Source of the DNA: Takakia lepidozioides
Lineage: Eukaryota > Plantae > Bryophyta
Reading direction: 5' to 3'
Length of the DNA: 64,000 bases
Assembly: GCA_030704615.1 (NCBI GenBank)
Contig: CM060734.1
Span: 8,494,001 to 8,558,000 of the forward strand
Shown here piece after piece: positions 1 through 11,627 of this stretch. A program made the translations under genes and the position numbers. How positions within the stretch are numbered: the stretch's first letter is position 1; the number at the start of each line of letters is the position of its first letter. A model generated the notes under the pieces. It was not told the origin of the DNA and did no database searches. It worked only from the letters and a program-made list of their open reading frames with translations.

Positions 1-84
1 CGTTTTTCCATCCGCGGAGGTTTTTATGTCGGCCAGTTTTTGGCCTGACCCCCCGACAGGACTTCCTTTGGGTGGATCCGAATG

Positions 85-275
85 GAAATTCGGCGCTGAA
101 TTTCCATCCGGGGGATGTTTTCTGTCGGACAGGTGCCGGCATCTCTGCCCCAGACGACTTCATCCGTGCGGCCCCTGTTGGATATTGGGTGCCGAATTTC
201 CATTCGGGGGTAGTAATGTGACGGCACGGTGCCGGCTTCTCCCCTTCAGCCGACATCATCCGGACGGCCCTCCAC
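85..275. repeat. Two ~100-bp degenerate GC-rich direct repeats carrying the GGYGCYGAATTTCC motif
   Basis: ggcgctgaatttccatccggggg...ggtgccggcatctct...gacttcatccg (~92-166) recurs as ggtgccgaatttccattcggggg...ggtgccggcttct...gacatcatccg (~189-262); near-palindrome gaaattcggcgctgaatttc at ~85-104. The motif recurs at 1599-1745 and 17544-18290. Confidence 0.7.
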
Positions 276-507
276 TTTCTGACTGCATACCGTTGGCAGT
301 TATTGCGCAAAGATCAGGGGCCGCATTCCGGAGACAAGATTCATTAACACTCTGACTGTGGATTTTTGAGATAGTTGGCTCCCTGGATTTGGATCAGGCT
401 TCGTCGCTCGGACAAATCGGCACCGCATTCCTTCCCATCGCTGCATCCCCCTTCTACCAGGGAGCTTCCCCGCACGCCATCCTGGCAGTCTTGTGTGCAC
501 ATCTCCC

Positions 508-1592
508 ATGGCGGAAAACCCGAGCGCTACAGTGTACTGCCCTCCTCACGAGCATAGAGCTTCATTTCCGTGCAGAGGGGACATTTGCCGGGTGATGGAG
601 AAATATCTGTGCGTTCGATACCACCTGAAACCGGGGTCGGTTTTTTGGAGGAGGAAAGGAAGGACTCAAACGGCCTTGTTGTCGAGAGTATTGTTGTGCT
701 CCACGATGATTTCGGCGATGGCAGGGAATGGCGAGTTCCACCATCGGACAGCGTCATATACAGGGCTGTTGGGGACTTCATTTGCCCGCCAAATGCACCT
801 TCTATCCTGGCGCCTTCCACGAAACAATCCGCGAATCAGAGAGTGGCTACCTCAAAGAGAGAAGTCCGCAACGAAGTAAATCCAGAGCCAAACCCATCCA
901 CGAAGACGAGCGAGAACCGGGTTGTTCACAACCTGTCCGACTCAGACGAGGTCATGGAAGTTCCGAGATCGTCCTGGAGATCAGGCAAGTCCTCAATGGA
1001 CGTTAGTGGAGGAGGGAGTCATATTCCCAGCACGAGCACCGCAGTTCGATCTATTCTTGAAATTCTGCGAGGGCTTCACCTGGAGGGACACCGGTCGGAG
1101 CTGGCCGGGCTGGACTACAGCAAGTTCGCAATTAAATCGGTTACATGCCTTCCCGCCGACGTCGACGGTAATATCTTCTTTGAGTTCCCTCCTCGGGCGG
1201 ACTACTCGAGGGCGTCCGGAATGTTGACAGATATGGATAGAAAACATGACGGTCATCCTTGGTGCGTTACCAAAACCACCAGCATGAAGATGCTCGATGG
1301 TTTCCGGTGCGCTACGTTGTTTGTGCGGGCGCGTTGCGGTGTTTCTCCCCAACTTGCTTCCACTTTAAATCCAGAGGTCACAGGAACGAGACCGATTGGA
1401 TAGGCACAGCTCATCAACCATTTCGAGCTCAGGAGAAGGTTCCGAACTCCACATTTAAGTGTGCGCATTGCAAAGAACCACCACACTGCATGTCTGTTTG
1501 TAATGCCAAGCAGTTCTATGTGTTGCACCGTTTCCCTGACCTCACCCGAGCTTACATACACGTTGGTTCCCATTGTCACAAATTGGCGAGGG
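508..1592 (+). pseudogene. Frameshifted gene with GCM/WRKY-like Cys/His zinc-binding domain (transposase-associated type)
   Basis: ORF 570..1403 (...DRKHDGHPWCVTKTTSMKMLDGF) joins ORF 1259..1867 (PVRYVVCAGALRCFSPTC...CAHCKEPPHCMSVCNAK...RAYIHVGSHCH) through one frameshift at ~1303. The W...CxGxxxC...CxxC...C...GxHxH pattern resembles the GCM fold. The start is uncertain (ATG 508). Confidence 0.55.
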
Positions 1593-1598
1593 GGAACA

Positions 1599-1745
1599 AA
1601 AATGGCGCCGAATTACCTGTCATGAGGGGACCTATAGCCGCGGAATTCGGCACCATTTTTCGCCAGAGAGACCTATTACCGCGAAATACGTCGCCGTATT
1701 TTCAGGTTACGGACCCTATTACCGCGAAATTCGGCGCCATATTTG
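1599..1745. repeat. Alternating-orientation copies of the AAAATGGCGCCGAATT motif
   Basis: aaaatggcgccgaatt at 1599, ggaattcggcaccatttt at ~1642, gaaatacgtcgccgtattt at ~1683, gaaattcggcgccatattt at ~1726. Confidence 0.75.
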
Positions 1746-2008
1746 CACATGTCGCTGGGAATTGGCATGAGCGGAAGACAAAATATCATGAGCACAACTG
1801 TCAAAACTACAATTTTCCCTTCAAGGGGCCGAATAATATATTTGTTTTTCCTGACACATTGCATTAAATTAATGTTTTTTTTATTGTTTTTTATTTTCAA
1901 AATTTGTACTTCTGCTCATGAAAACCGATTGTCTTACTACTCCGCTCATGCCGCTCATGCTCATGAAATAGCTAACCTCCCACGCGGGTTACACAGTCCA
2001 TAGGGTCA

Positions 2009-5000
2009 GTGACATGTGGACTTGGGTTAACGTCCGGAAAGTGGCCGGCAGGTGAAAAGACAGCTTGGAAGTCAAACTCGGAGAAGGTGCCACGCGGACA
2101 GGGGAAGACGGAGGCAGGTCTAGAAATGAACATATGGTCGCCAGGGCGAAGCACACCGCAGTGCATATATTGCAAAAGCGGATGTCATCATGCAAGAAGC
2201 CACATTGAGCCGCCAGAGTACCTACCCGGTACATCAGCTAAAACTATTTGTGGGCCCATTAATGCATTCAGGGCAGGGGTAACGGAGCCCTTTCCGAGTA
2301 CAGAAAAGAGGGACTTTTACCACATGTGTTGTCCTACTGGACATTCTAGATGGAAATGTCCACGGAGGGGGGGTAGAATTAAAAAGTTACCTAAGCAGGC
2401 AACAACCAATCAGGAGCGAGAATTTCATGCAAGTGGTTCCCTCCAAGAAACAAGAACAAGAAATTGGAAGAGTTATGAGCGGAAGAGTCGGGGTGGCTCC
2501 GAATAGCCCGTGTCTCGACGGGAGGGGCAATCAAAGTTATAGCTTTGTAGCTATGACGGATATAACGGATTACACGTTCGCTTTACTTCTCACGCAGTGG
2601 CGCAAGGATGAACGAATTGAGAGTACATTCTCTCTCACTCGATACTTGTAAGCCCCACAGGCTTACACACTCTTACCTGTTCCATTCTGTGCCAACCATA
2701 CCTTTATGCTCTGTGCCCTGCAAGCTTTCCTACAGCTGTTTCAAACAAGGCCTTTTTGTTTGTCTAGAATGAAGAGAGTGAGGGGAATGGAGGATATCAG
2801 GGTGAAGAGCACCACAATTCTGCAGAAGCAAACAATTGCTACACCGCAGGCAGTGCAGCTGCTGAGGGAGTTGCGATTGGAGGGGCTGCTACGCAAGGAC
2901 TGGTCCATGCATCATCGGCAATTTATGATTCAATTTCTTCAGAACTTTGAGCCTCGGACGAGAGTTACCCAGGTGAGGGGAGTAGATATAGAAATTACTC
3001 CCCAGTACTTGCAGCAATTGTTTGATTTGTCATCGGGTCATGTGGATGTGGATGAGCACAGGGCAAGATTGCAGATAGGGAATTTGTTCCAAGAAGGGAG
3101 TTTCTTTAAGACTCAAGGTTACGCTTGTACCAAAGCCAAGTACCCAGGGCTCAGAGAAGTTGGCCAAATATTGAACGTTCTGTTTGCCATGAAACAGAAC
3201 CAACAATATTTGAGCAGGTCATTCACAGAGGAGATCCTGAAAGCTTTGAGGGGAGAGGATGTAGCTTGGGCAGAGTTAATGTACAATGGTCTGGTGGAAG
3301 AGATGAAGAGGTTACAGGGCACTGCGGCTAAGTCTCCGATCATTGTGTCTGGTCCAGTCATTGCCCAAATCATTCTTGACTCTTGCATACTTGATACTCG
3401 GGAACGTAAGAAGATGGGAGCGTTTGAGGCAGTAACCACTGCAATTGAAGAGCATGGCTCTTCACATAGTGAGGGTGGACTGGCAGGGCAACACCAGTCT
3501 AAGAGACAAAAGCGGGGTATGACTGTAGTGGCGGATCCACTGACTTCACGGAAACCGCAAGATGATGTTTCCCAAGCTCTTGTGCAAGATGGGGCACAGC
3601 AGCACAGAGGGCTGTTATTATTGGAAGCACAGCCTTCGGAGAGGGAAGAAGAAGTCACTTCGGTACCACAGCCATCACAGCCAGTTGACTTAGTTGTCTC
3701 AGAGCTTCCACAGTTAGAACATGTTGTGACACCACCCCCAATTGCTCTGGACGGAGAAAGGTTGGACATTCCCACTACAGAGCAGGTCGTGGTAGAAATT
3801 GAGAAGGGTGACCTTCTCTATGAAAACTTTAGCTTGGTAAGGGAATCAGTGGTTCCAGAGGTGCAGAGTTTGTCTAGGGAAATCCCTATTGTGCATGTAA
3901 TACCCACACCTGTGATGGAGGTACCAGGGGTAGAATATAAGTACACTGCAGCACCTGTGGAGGATGAGGTGGTTCAGGAAGGGATCTGGTGGGGCAATGG
4001 CCTAAATGGTTGGTGAAGCATCACACTGTGGAAGATCAGGGGGAATGGCAGCAAGTTCACCATGATGACCCCCAGCACGCCATGCTTATGAGTTCCATAA
4101 GCACGACACTCAATTTGTTGGGCACTTATGTGAAATCCCATGTTCCATCTACCCAATTGGCAGCTTTGAGGGAGGAACTCAGGAAGGAGTTTGAGACTCA
4201 AATTGTCACTGAATGTGCTAACAAGGTAGATGAAGAGGTCCATCTCAAGTTACAGCAAGAGTTGGAGGACACAAAGGCTGCCTTGCAGTTGGCTAAGGGA
4301 CATCTGATTGAAGCAGGTCTCGAGCAGGACCAGTTAAAATGAAACACATAAGCAACAGATATACCAATTGCAGGTGAAGCATGAGGGCAAGTTTCAAGAA
4401 GTGAATGTACTACATACAGAGTTGGAGGCAATACATCAGAGGATGACCATACAATGTGCTACACTCACAACTGCTCTAGAGCAAACTGCATTAGAAGTTA
4501 ACAGACAAGGGGAGAGATGTATGATGGCAAAAGCTGAGATAATAGAGTAAAGGAAACTCATTGTTAATTTGCAGGCTACAATCTGTCGCAATGAGAATAC
4601 TTTCCAACAGTACAGACAGGTTGAGGCTGACCAGGAGAGGTACATCCTGGAGTTGCAACAAACAGTCATGGTCAATAGAAATGAACTCTCTGTGGCTAAC
4701 AAGGCTTGGAAGGAAGCCAATAATCTGGCTGCTGCCTATGCGGGCCTGGTTGAACCTCATGCGAAGCGCATGGAGGCTTTACAGCAGTAGTTAGATGTGT
4801 ACAGACTCACGGAGGAGCAGACTCTCAGGGGTGCCACACAGGACTTGGTGGATAACCTCCTTATGCAGGTCTGGTTAGCACAAGGGCCGGTAGAAGGCAA
4901 AGCACCAAGGAAGCTCACCCAGGGCGAGATGAATGAGCTCAGATTGCAGGTGCAGAACATTGCCACAACTACTATAGACAATGTCTATAGTAGGATAATG

Positions 5001-5334
5001 GAGCTACAAGAGGATGTGGAAGGCCTGCAGACTCAAGTGGATGACCTGAGTTCAAATATTGACAAGAGAGTCTTTGTTCCTGAGGAGCAGCTCATGGCTA
5101 CTTATTTACATGCCAAGACTCTAATTTTTCAGTCTTCTTCGCAGGGGGTGGAGGAGATGCCAGTGGTAGAAGGGCCAGTGGTACCAATACCACAGCAGGT
5201 GCTTGTGTAGGTAGCTGACCCTGTTGCTACTACAGCCAAACCACAGCTTGAGGTATGGGGGGATGCTGCTTTTAACCCACCTAGGACTCATGCTCGCTCA
5301 CAAAGGTTTGCTGATCCCAAACAGTAAACCGTGA
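2009..5334 (+). pseudogene. Linker plus accessory ORF of A1 (putative plant-transposon-protein N-domain, coiled coil; C-domain deleted)
   Basis: ORFs 2009..2506, 2427..2651, 2706..4016, 3989..4342, 4368..4550, 4569..4790 and 4797..5210 align with the other A copies. A deletion at ~5295 fuses the FNPP segment to the terminal HKGLLIPNSKP-stop (TGA 5332-5334). Confidence 0.8.
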
Positions 5335-5365
5335 GGACACGGCTTTTTGAGAGGGGGAGGGGTAA

Positions 5366-6284
5366 TGTTAGAGGGCTGCTTGGGACTTAGACGCTTTTAC
5401 GGGTTCTGTGGGGTACCCTTAATTTTTGCGCAGACTGAGACCAACAGGAGCCTTAGGGGTGGCAGGAGCAGACCTTAGGGGGGTTAGACAGCTCGTCACA
5501 GTCTATCACAGCCAGACACAGCTTTACACAGCCCGACACAGCTTTGCACAGCCAGTCACAGCCCGACACAATCTATCATAGCCAGACACAGTCTGACATA
5601 GCTTGACACAGCTTCGCACAGCCAGTCACAACCCGACACAGCTTTACACAGCCAGTCACAGCTCGGCACAGCTTGACATAGCCTGTCACAGTACATGGGG
5701 AACAGTTATCATTGACATGGAACGATATCTGCAGAGGGAACGTGTTACTTCAGGGGTGACGGTTAGTTAGTTAGGTGGTTAGAACAGCTTGCGGGTAGAT
5801 TAGGCAGAGCGGCAACAGGAAGGGGATCACTTCTTGAGGAGGGCGACTTGTTCAGGAGATGAGGAGACGTAACGGAGAGCGGAAACAGTGAAGATGAGAT
5901 GATGACTTGATTGAGGCTTAATTCATGCAAGCTGTAAAATTATACAGTAGGGTAGATTAGGGATACCATGGCATAGGCATGATACATGATTAATCTTAAT
6001 CCGATACTGAATCGATACAAACATATTGTGTAGAGAGACATGAGAGAAGCTGTGGAATGAATGCATGATTAATTGGAACTCCGATGCTTTAGTATACACG
6101 GTAAGGTAAATTGATAACATGAAGGCAAGAAGGAATAAAAATAGGAAGCACAACCATGATTCACTAGCTGCAGGTCATGACTGATTGTTCTGAGCGGGCT
6201 GAGTGCTTAGAGATATCCAACTCTTCTATCTTGGAGTTTCCACCTCGGATAGCGAAGGGATGGGTGAGTAAAAGCCGCTCGACA
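5366..6284 (+). repeat. 3' LTR of A1 (TG...CA) with CACAGC-rich tract at ~5490-5692
   Basis: Starts TGTTAG just after the PPT and ends GCCGCTCGACA, matching the LTR end that abuts the PBS at 45809 and 59034. Confidence 0.9.
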
Positions 6285-6294
6285 GCGACCCTGG

Positions 6295-7720
6295 TTGTCT
6301 GTCCCTCGTAGCATAGCTGTTATCAAAGACATTAAAATTAGTGAGATACCTGCCACGATTGCAACCATCGGACAAGAAATTGCAGGATGGACAGTAACGG
6401 AAGAAACTCAATTGATTCAAGTAAATCTGGGAACACTAGAAGAACCACAGATAATACGAGTAAGTACAGGTCTTGAAGAATCATTTCTACAAGAAGCCAC
6501 TGCATTATTCACTGAATACAAGGATATATTTGCCTGGAACTACAAAGAATTGAAGGGTATACCTTCCAACATCTGTCAACACCGAATTGAATTGGAAGTT
6601 GACACAAAACCAATTCAGAACCGTTACAGAATGAACCCCAACTATGCAGCTAAAGTTTGGGAAGAAATCAAGAAATTACTGGATACAGGATTCAAATACC
6701 CAGTAGAGACACCACAATGGTTATCGCCCATTGTGATAGTACCCAAGAAAAATGGAAAATTACGAGTATGTGTAGACTACCGCAAGTTAAACGCAGGAAC
6801 CAAGAAAGACCCCTTTCCACTACCTTTCACCGAAATAGTGTTGGACACAGTGGCTAGACATGAGATGTACTCATTCATGGACGGGTTTAGTGGGTACAAC
6901 CAGGTGCAGATGACAGAAGAAGACCGAGAAAAGACCGCATTCATCACTGAATGGGGAGCCTATGTTTACAAAGTCATGCCATTTGGACTTTGCAACGCAC
7001 CAGCCACGTTTCAGCGAGCAGTATCTGAGATATTCAAGAATTATCTCAACAATTTTATGCAGGTATTTTTGGATGATTTCAGTGTCTTCGGACAGAAATC
7101 CAAACACTTGGCACAGTTAAAACTTTGCCTACAAGCCTGTAGAAACAATGAAGTAAGTCTCAACCCGGAAAAATGTACATTTTGTGTGAATTCAGGATTA
7201 TTGTTGGGACACATTGTGTGCCAACAGGGAATTCTGGTGGATCCAAAGAAAGTGGAGGTTATCCAGAAAATACCACCACCAGAAAATCCCAAGAAACTCA
7301 AAAGATTTTTGGGACAGACAAGCTATTACAGAAGATACATGACAAATATGCTCACAAAGCGGCACCAGTCTATAGACTGCTGAAGCAAGATGCCGAATAC
7401 CGATGGTCTCCAGCTTGCCAGGAATCATTTGATTCACTAAAAATGGCACTCACAGCAGCACCAATTATGATAAATCCAAGATGGGATTTACCATTTCATG
7501 TACACAGTGATGCATCAGGCATTGCTTTGGGAGCAGTTCTAGCTCAGAATGTGACAGGCACAATAAATTCAACAATCTATTATGCAAGCAGATTGTTGAC
7601 AGCAGCCGAGAAGAACTATAGCACCACAGAAAGGGAAGCATTGGCAATGATTTATGATGTTCAAAAAATTTCGGTATTATTTACTTGGCAATCGCTTTAA
7701 GTTTATTGTTGATCATCAGG
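6295..7720 (+). pseudogene. pol: Pol fragment: reverse transcriptase and RNase H (family B)
   Basis: SPIVIVPKKNGKLRVCVDYRKLN, MDGFSGYNQV, MPFGLCNAPATFQR, VFLDDFSV; RNase H HSDASGIALGAVL, NYSTTEREALA, IVDHQ; frameshifts at ~7345 and ~7665. Confidence 0.95.
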
Positions 7721-7819
7721 TAGTGTGCTTCATACTGCTTATGATACAGGAATTGGTGCTCCAATTCCTTACAGCAACCACAAGACTAAGAGCGGAAGGC
7801 ACCAAGTTCTTATGCGCAA

Positions 7820-10735
7820 GTGAATTTCAAAATCAGCCCGGCGTTGCAGAAGATTGAGCAGGACACAGAGACACAGGAGACGTTGGACAGTCTTGGCCTG
7901 CGATACTTCATCACCACGCTGGACTTGAACCTTAAGCACAACGAGCTGTGCAAGGAGTTCTTGGAGAATTACAACACCAGCACTCGGAGCACAAATGTCC
8001 GCGACACACACATTCTGCTGACGGAGAAGTACTTGGCGGAAGTATTTCACCTTCCCAGTCTGGACTTACCGGCGCACAGCGGCAAACCTCCAAGGTTTGT
8101 ACTTGCAGATTTGTTTGAGAATCTCAACCAAGCAGATCAGGGCTACACATGCAGTCACAGCAAAAGCCCCGACTTTGGGAAGATAGCCCCGGTACTTCGC
8201 ACGTTGCTTTGCCTCAGGAAAAACCGCAGCTACTGTACCAAGGAGCTAATCGATCAAGTGTTGATTTGCCTCAATGGGCAAATCGTGAATATGGCAAGCT
8301 TCTTATTGAAGAAGTTAACCCAAGAATTGATCCGGTTGACAAAGAAGAAGAAGGAAGCAACTGTTACCATGGCTACTCCCTTGTTACTCCAAATGATTCG
8401 ACACACTGTACACCTAACACCCGAAGAGCAAGCGACGTTGGGGATTATGCTGCGGGTAGATACGATGGAGGAAGAAGGAAGTGACTCGGCAGCAGGTCAA
8501 GAAGGAGAAGAGGGTGGACTTGCAAAGAGAGCCTGGATCAACGAAGCAACCACAAGTGCAGCAGCAGAGGACATCATCAACTTGACGGCTGATTCCACAG
8601 TGCAGAGAGAAGGGGAGAATCAACAGCCAGAAGGAGGGAACCAACCACAGACCAATGAAGCAACACCCATGGAAATTAGCCATGGTAACACCGAAACCCT
8701 GCAAACAACACACGCAGAGGCCACACAACCAGAAATAGAGGAGGGAGACATAGTGGAGCAGCAACAGCAGATGGTGCAAGAGGCACCCAGTCAGCAGCAA
8801 CAGCAAGTGGTGCAAGAGGCACATAATCACTAGCAACAAGACAGTAATTCCAATTTGGAATTACTACTAGCACAACAGGTTCTGGATACAACAGCATGGG
8901 ACACAGGGTTGGAAGAAACGCCACAGAATGTAATTTTGCAGGCAATACAAGCATTGGGTCAAGTAAATAGCTTGTATGGATAGGGCCAAGGATTACATAA
9001 GCCCGGAGAACCTTAGCATGATTTTAGACCACGTCAAAGAGAAACACCAGAGGGAATTGGCGACAGCAAGAACAGTATGTAACCACGAGGTTACAATCGC
9101 AGCGTTAGAAGATCAAAAGACGACCTTATTTCGCCAATACAACACTTTGACACAACGCAGAGATGAGTGGGAGCAGAAGTGGCAAAGACAGCAAGACGAA
9201 ACACGCCATGTCCAAGCTGACCTTGATGCAGAGCGAGAACGATCTCGCAAAATAGAGACAGAGGTAGAAACACTCACAGGACAGGTGCAGACACTTAGGC
9301 AGCAGGTGGAGACACTCAAGGGGCAGCTCAAGACTGCCAAAGGGACCAGGGAAACAAGTGGCTCTCAAGCAACACTGTACTGCTGAGGGAAAGGGAGAAT
9401 GTTGAAAGCAGGCTGTTCACAGCCACCACAGAAAGAGACATTGCCATGGGCAATGAACAAGAATGGAAACAGCAGCTGGAGAAGATGACACTGCAAGCAG
9501 GGTTGGACGCAGCAGACGCAGCCTTGGCCAGAGCCTGGTTGAATGAATGAAGTGAACTAGAGATGAAGAAACTCAGCAAGGCAATGGTCAGACAGATGAA
9601 ATGTCAATTGGCGAAGTTGGTGACAGACATTCACGAGGAATTCCTGCCACCAATTCCAGAACAGGAGGAGCTCATGGATGAAGATGATCAAGAGGAGCAA
9701 GACCACGAACAAGAAGCACCGATACAATCAACAACAACAACACCAACACCAACACCAACACCACCAACAACACAACCACCACCAAGTCAACAGGCACTGG
9801 TACAGGCCACAACAAGGCCATCTACTCAAGAGGTAAACCCCATAACACTACCAAGTGTCCTGGTAGCATCAACTTCGGTAGCAGTGGATGATTTCCAAAT
9901 CATGCCATGCAAGCAGGGTGGGGAGTGGCTAAAGTATTCGGAGGAATATTTTAAAATGATGGTAGTCCCAGCCCACCAAATCCCAGAAATATTGGAGAAG
10001 GTCTTCAAAACCTTAACCCCCTGCAGATCATTGGGTCAATTGCATCTGCTCAATCAAACTCTTATACCTCTGAGATACAGGATGAGGCCACTGGCTAGGG
10101 AAGAGACATGGGCAAGGGCAGAATTGGTTGAATTCTGGCGCCAGGCTCCCCTGGAATACAAGGAGCTGGTAGCTTACATGTGGGCAGTGGGGCAATTGAA
10201 GATTAATCCTACCCCGGCAGTAGACATTGTAATGGGCTGCCCCAGTTTTTATATTGGCAGTTACTTGTACTGGATGTTCGTGACAATGAGGGGAAGCTGG
10301 CAGCGCTATGAGAGTATTGAAAAAGATACTCACTGGGAATTACCCAAATTCCAGCCACTAGAGAGAGTCGCAGGCACTTCAGCATACATGAACAGACCAC
10401 TATATGCTGAAGCATGGCGCCAGGCAAAAGACCACTTTCCACCATTGGTCTTGGACAGAGACCACCCTTTCAGAGATACAGGAATCCAAGCTGTTAACTG
10501 GTTAACGGGCAGCAGGGCGACTAAACACATTATACCCTGGACCAAGGAGGAGCTGCAAACCTACCAAGAAACCTTGACCACCAAAATCGACATGCTACGT
10601 GGGGACGGAGTGGCAGAACACCCTGATGACGAAAGTTGGCCCACTCATGAACCAGAGGAGCAACCAGACAGTGACGACAACAGGAACAAGAAGCTGCCAC
10701 CACGACAATCCTGGGACGCACTTCCTACCCCGTAG
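7820..10735 (+). pseudogene. Accessory 3' ORF of family B (N-domain, acidic/Q-rich linker, coiled coil, conserved C-domain)
   Basis: ORFs 7820..8833, 8976..9386 and 9563..10735 link through stops and frameshifts. LCKEFLENYN...NVRDTHILLTEKYLAEVFHLP parallels family A FMIQFLQNFE...QVRGVDIEITPQYLQQLFDLP; both share IVMGC. Confidence 0.8.
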
Positions 10736-10832
10736 ACAGGCATGCCACCACCCTACATCCCCAAGAGATACAGCAAGCACAAGAACTGACGAAATTGTGC
10801 GGACACAATTTCAAAAGAGGGGGGGGAATAAA

Positions 10833-11415
10833 TGATAATGGCTATGTTACGAGGGCCAGACAACGAGGGTCACAACGGGACATACCGGGTGGTGATTGAT
10901 GTACACTACCTGGTCACGGGCAGAAAAGGCTAAGTACGCAGTACTTAGCAAATGGCGGAACAAGGGTACATTACCACGGGAGCAGTAGTGGGTAGTGTAG
11001 TGACCGTGGGCCGTGAACCACGATATCACACGGCCACGTTAGCATCGGCTTTAACCAATAGAGGGAGTAGTGGACCGTTTACCACTATGGCTCACGACCA
11101 CTACAACGAGCCACTTTTTTAGCAAACCTTTTAGGTTGCGTAGGCAGTTAGGCAAACGGTCATTAACGACCGCAGGCTGTAACGGCTTTCGAGCATAGTA
11201 TAAAAAGGCTACACGCAACATAGAGGGAGAGAAATATGAGTATCAGTGATCAGTGTGTATTCAGGGGACTCAGAGTGATTCAATGTGTACTTCTGTGATG
11301 ATGTGACGAACTCTGAAGTAAAGCCATGCTATTCGAAGCATCTCTGTGTAGAGTGAACGTGAGATGGAGAGAATGTGCCTTATGAGAGAACGTGAGATGG
11401 TGAGAATGTGTATCA
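10833..11415 (+). repeat. 3' LTR of family B
   Basis: TGATA at 10833 after the PPT; TATCA at 11411-11415 (inverted termini); TATA-like tataaaaagg at ~11198-11208. Confidence 0.7.
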
Positions 11416-11627
11416 TCTCATAATCATTCTTGTTTTGTCTTGACTACCATGTGCTTGTATGAACAAAGAAGCTTCAGTCCTTTCGACTAAGATCTTATAT
11501 GCCAAAGAGACTGTAGGTTGGGCTTAATCAATAGGATTAAGCAGCCTGTAGGGACATGGATTCATACGACGTTCATGGTTTAGCTATCCTTAAAATGATT
11601 ACTTCGTAATCGTTTTTGAAAGCATAC

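Larger units (their letters stand above)
1977..6284 (+). mobile_element. Ty3/Gypsy family A, 3' portion (copy A1): post-integrase linker, accessory ORF, PPT, 3' LTR
   Basis: Colinear with 23455-26705; PPT gagagggggagggg at ~5349-5362; LTR tgttagaggg...ctcgaca. Confidence 0.9.
6285..11415 (+). mobile_element. Ty3/Gypsy family B, 5'-truncated: RT-RNase H, integrase deleted, accessory ORF, PPT, 3' LTR
   Basis: RT and RNase H motifs; purine run at 10813-10828; LTR with TGATA...TATCA termini. Confidence 0.85.

Noticed and set aside
2706-5334. Retroviral-type env gene
   Set aside because: The position fits, but no signal peptide or transmembrane helix is evident; it looks soluble and coiled-coil.
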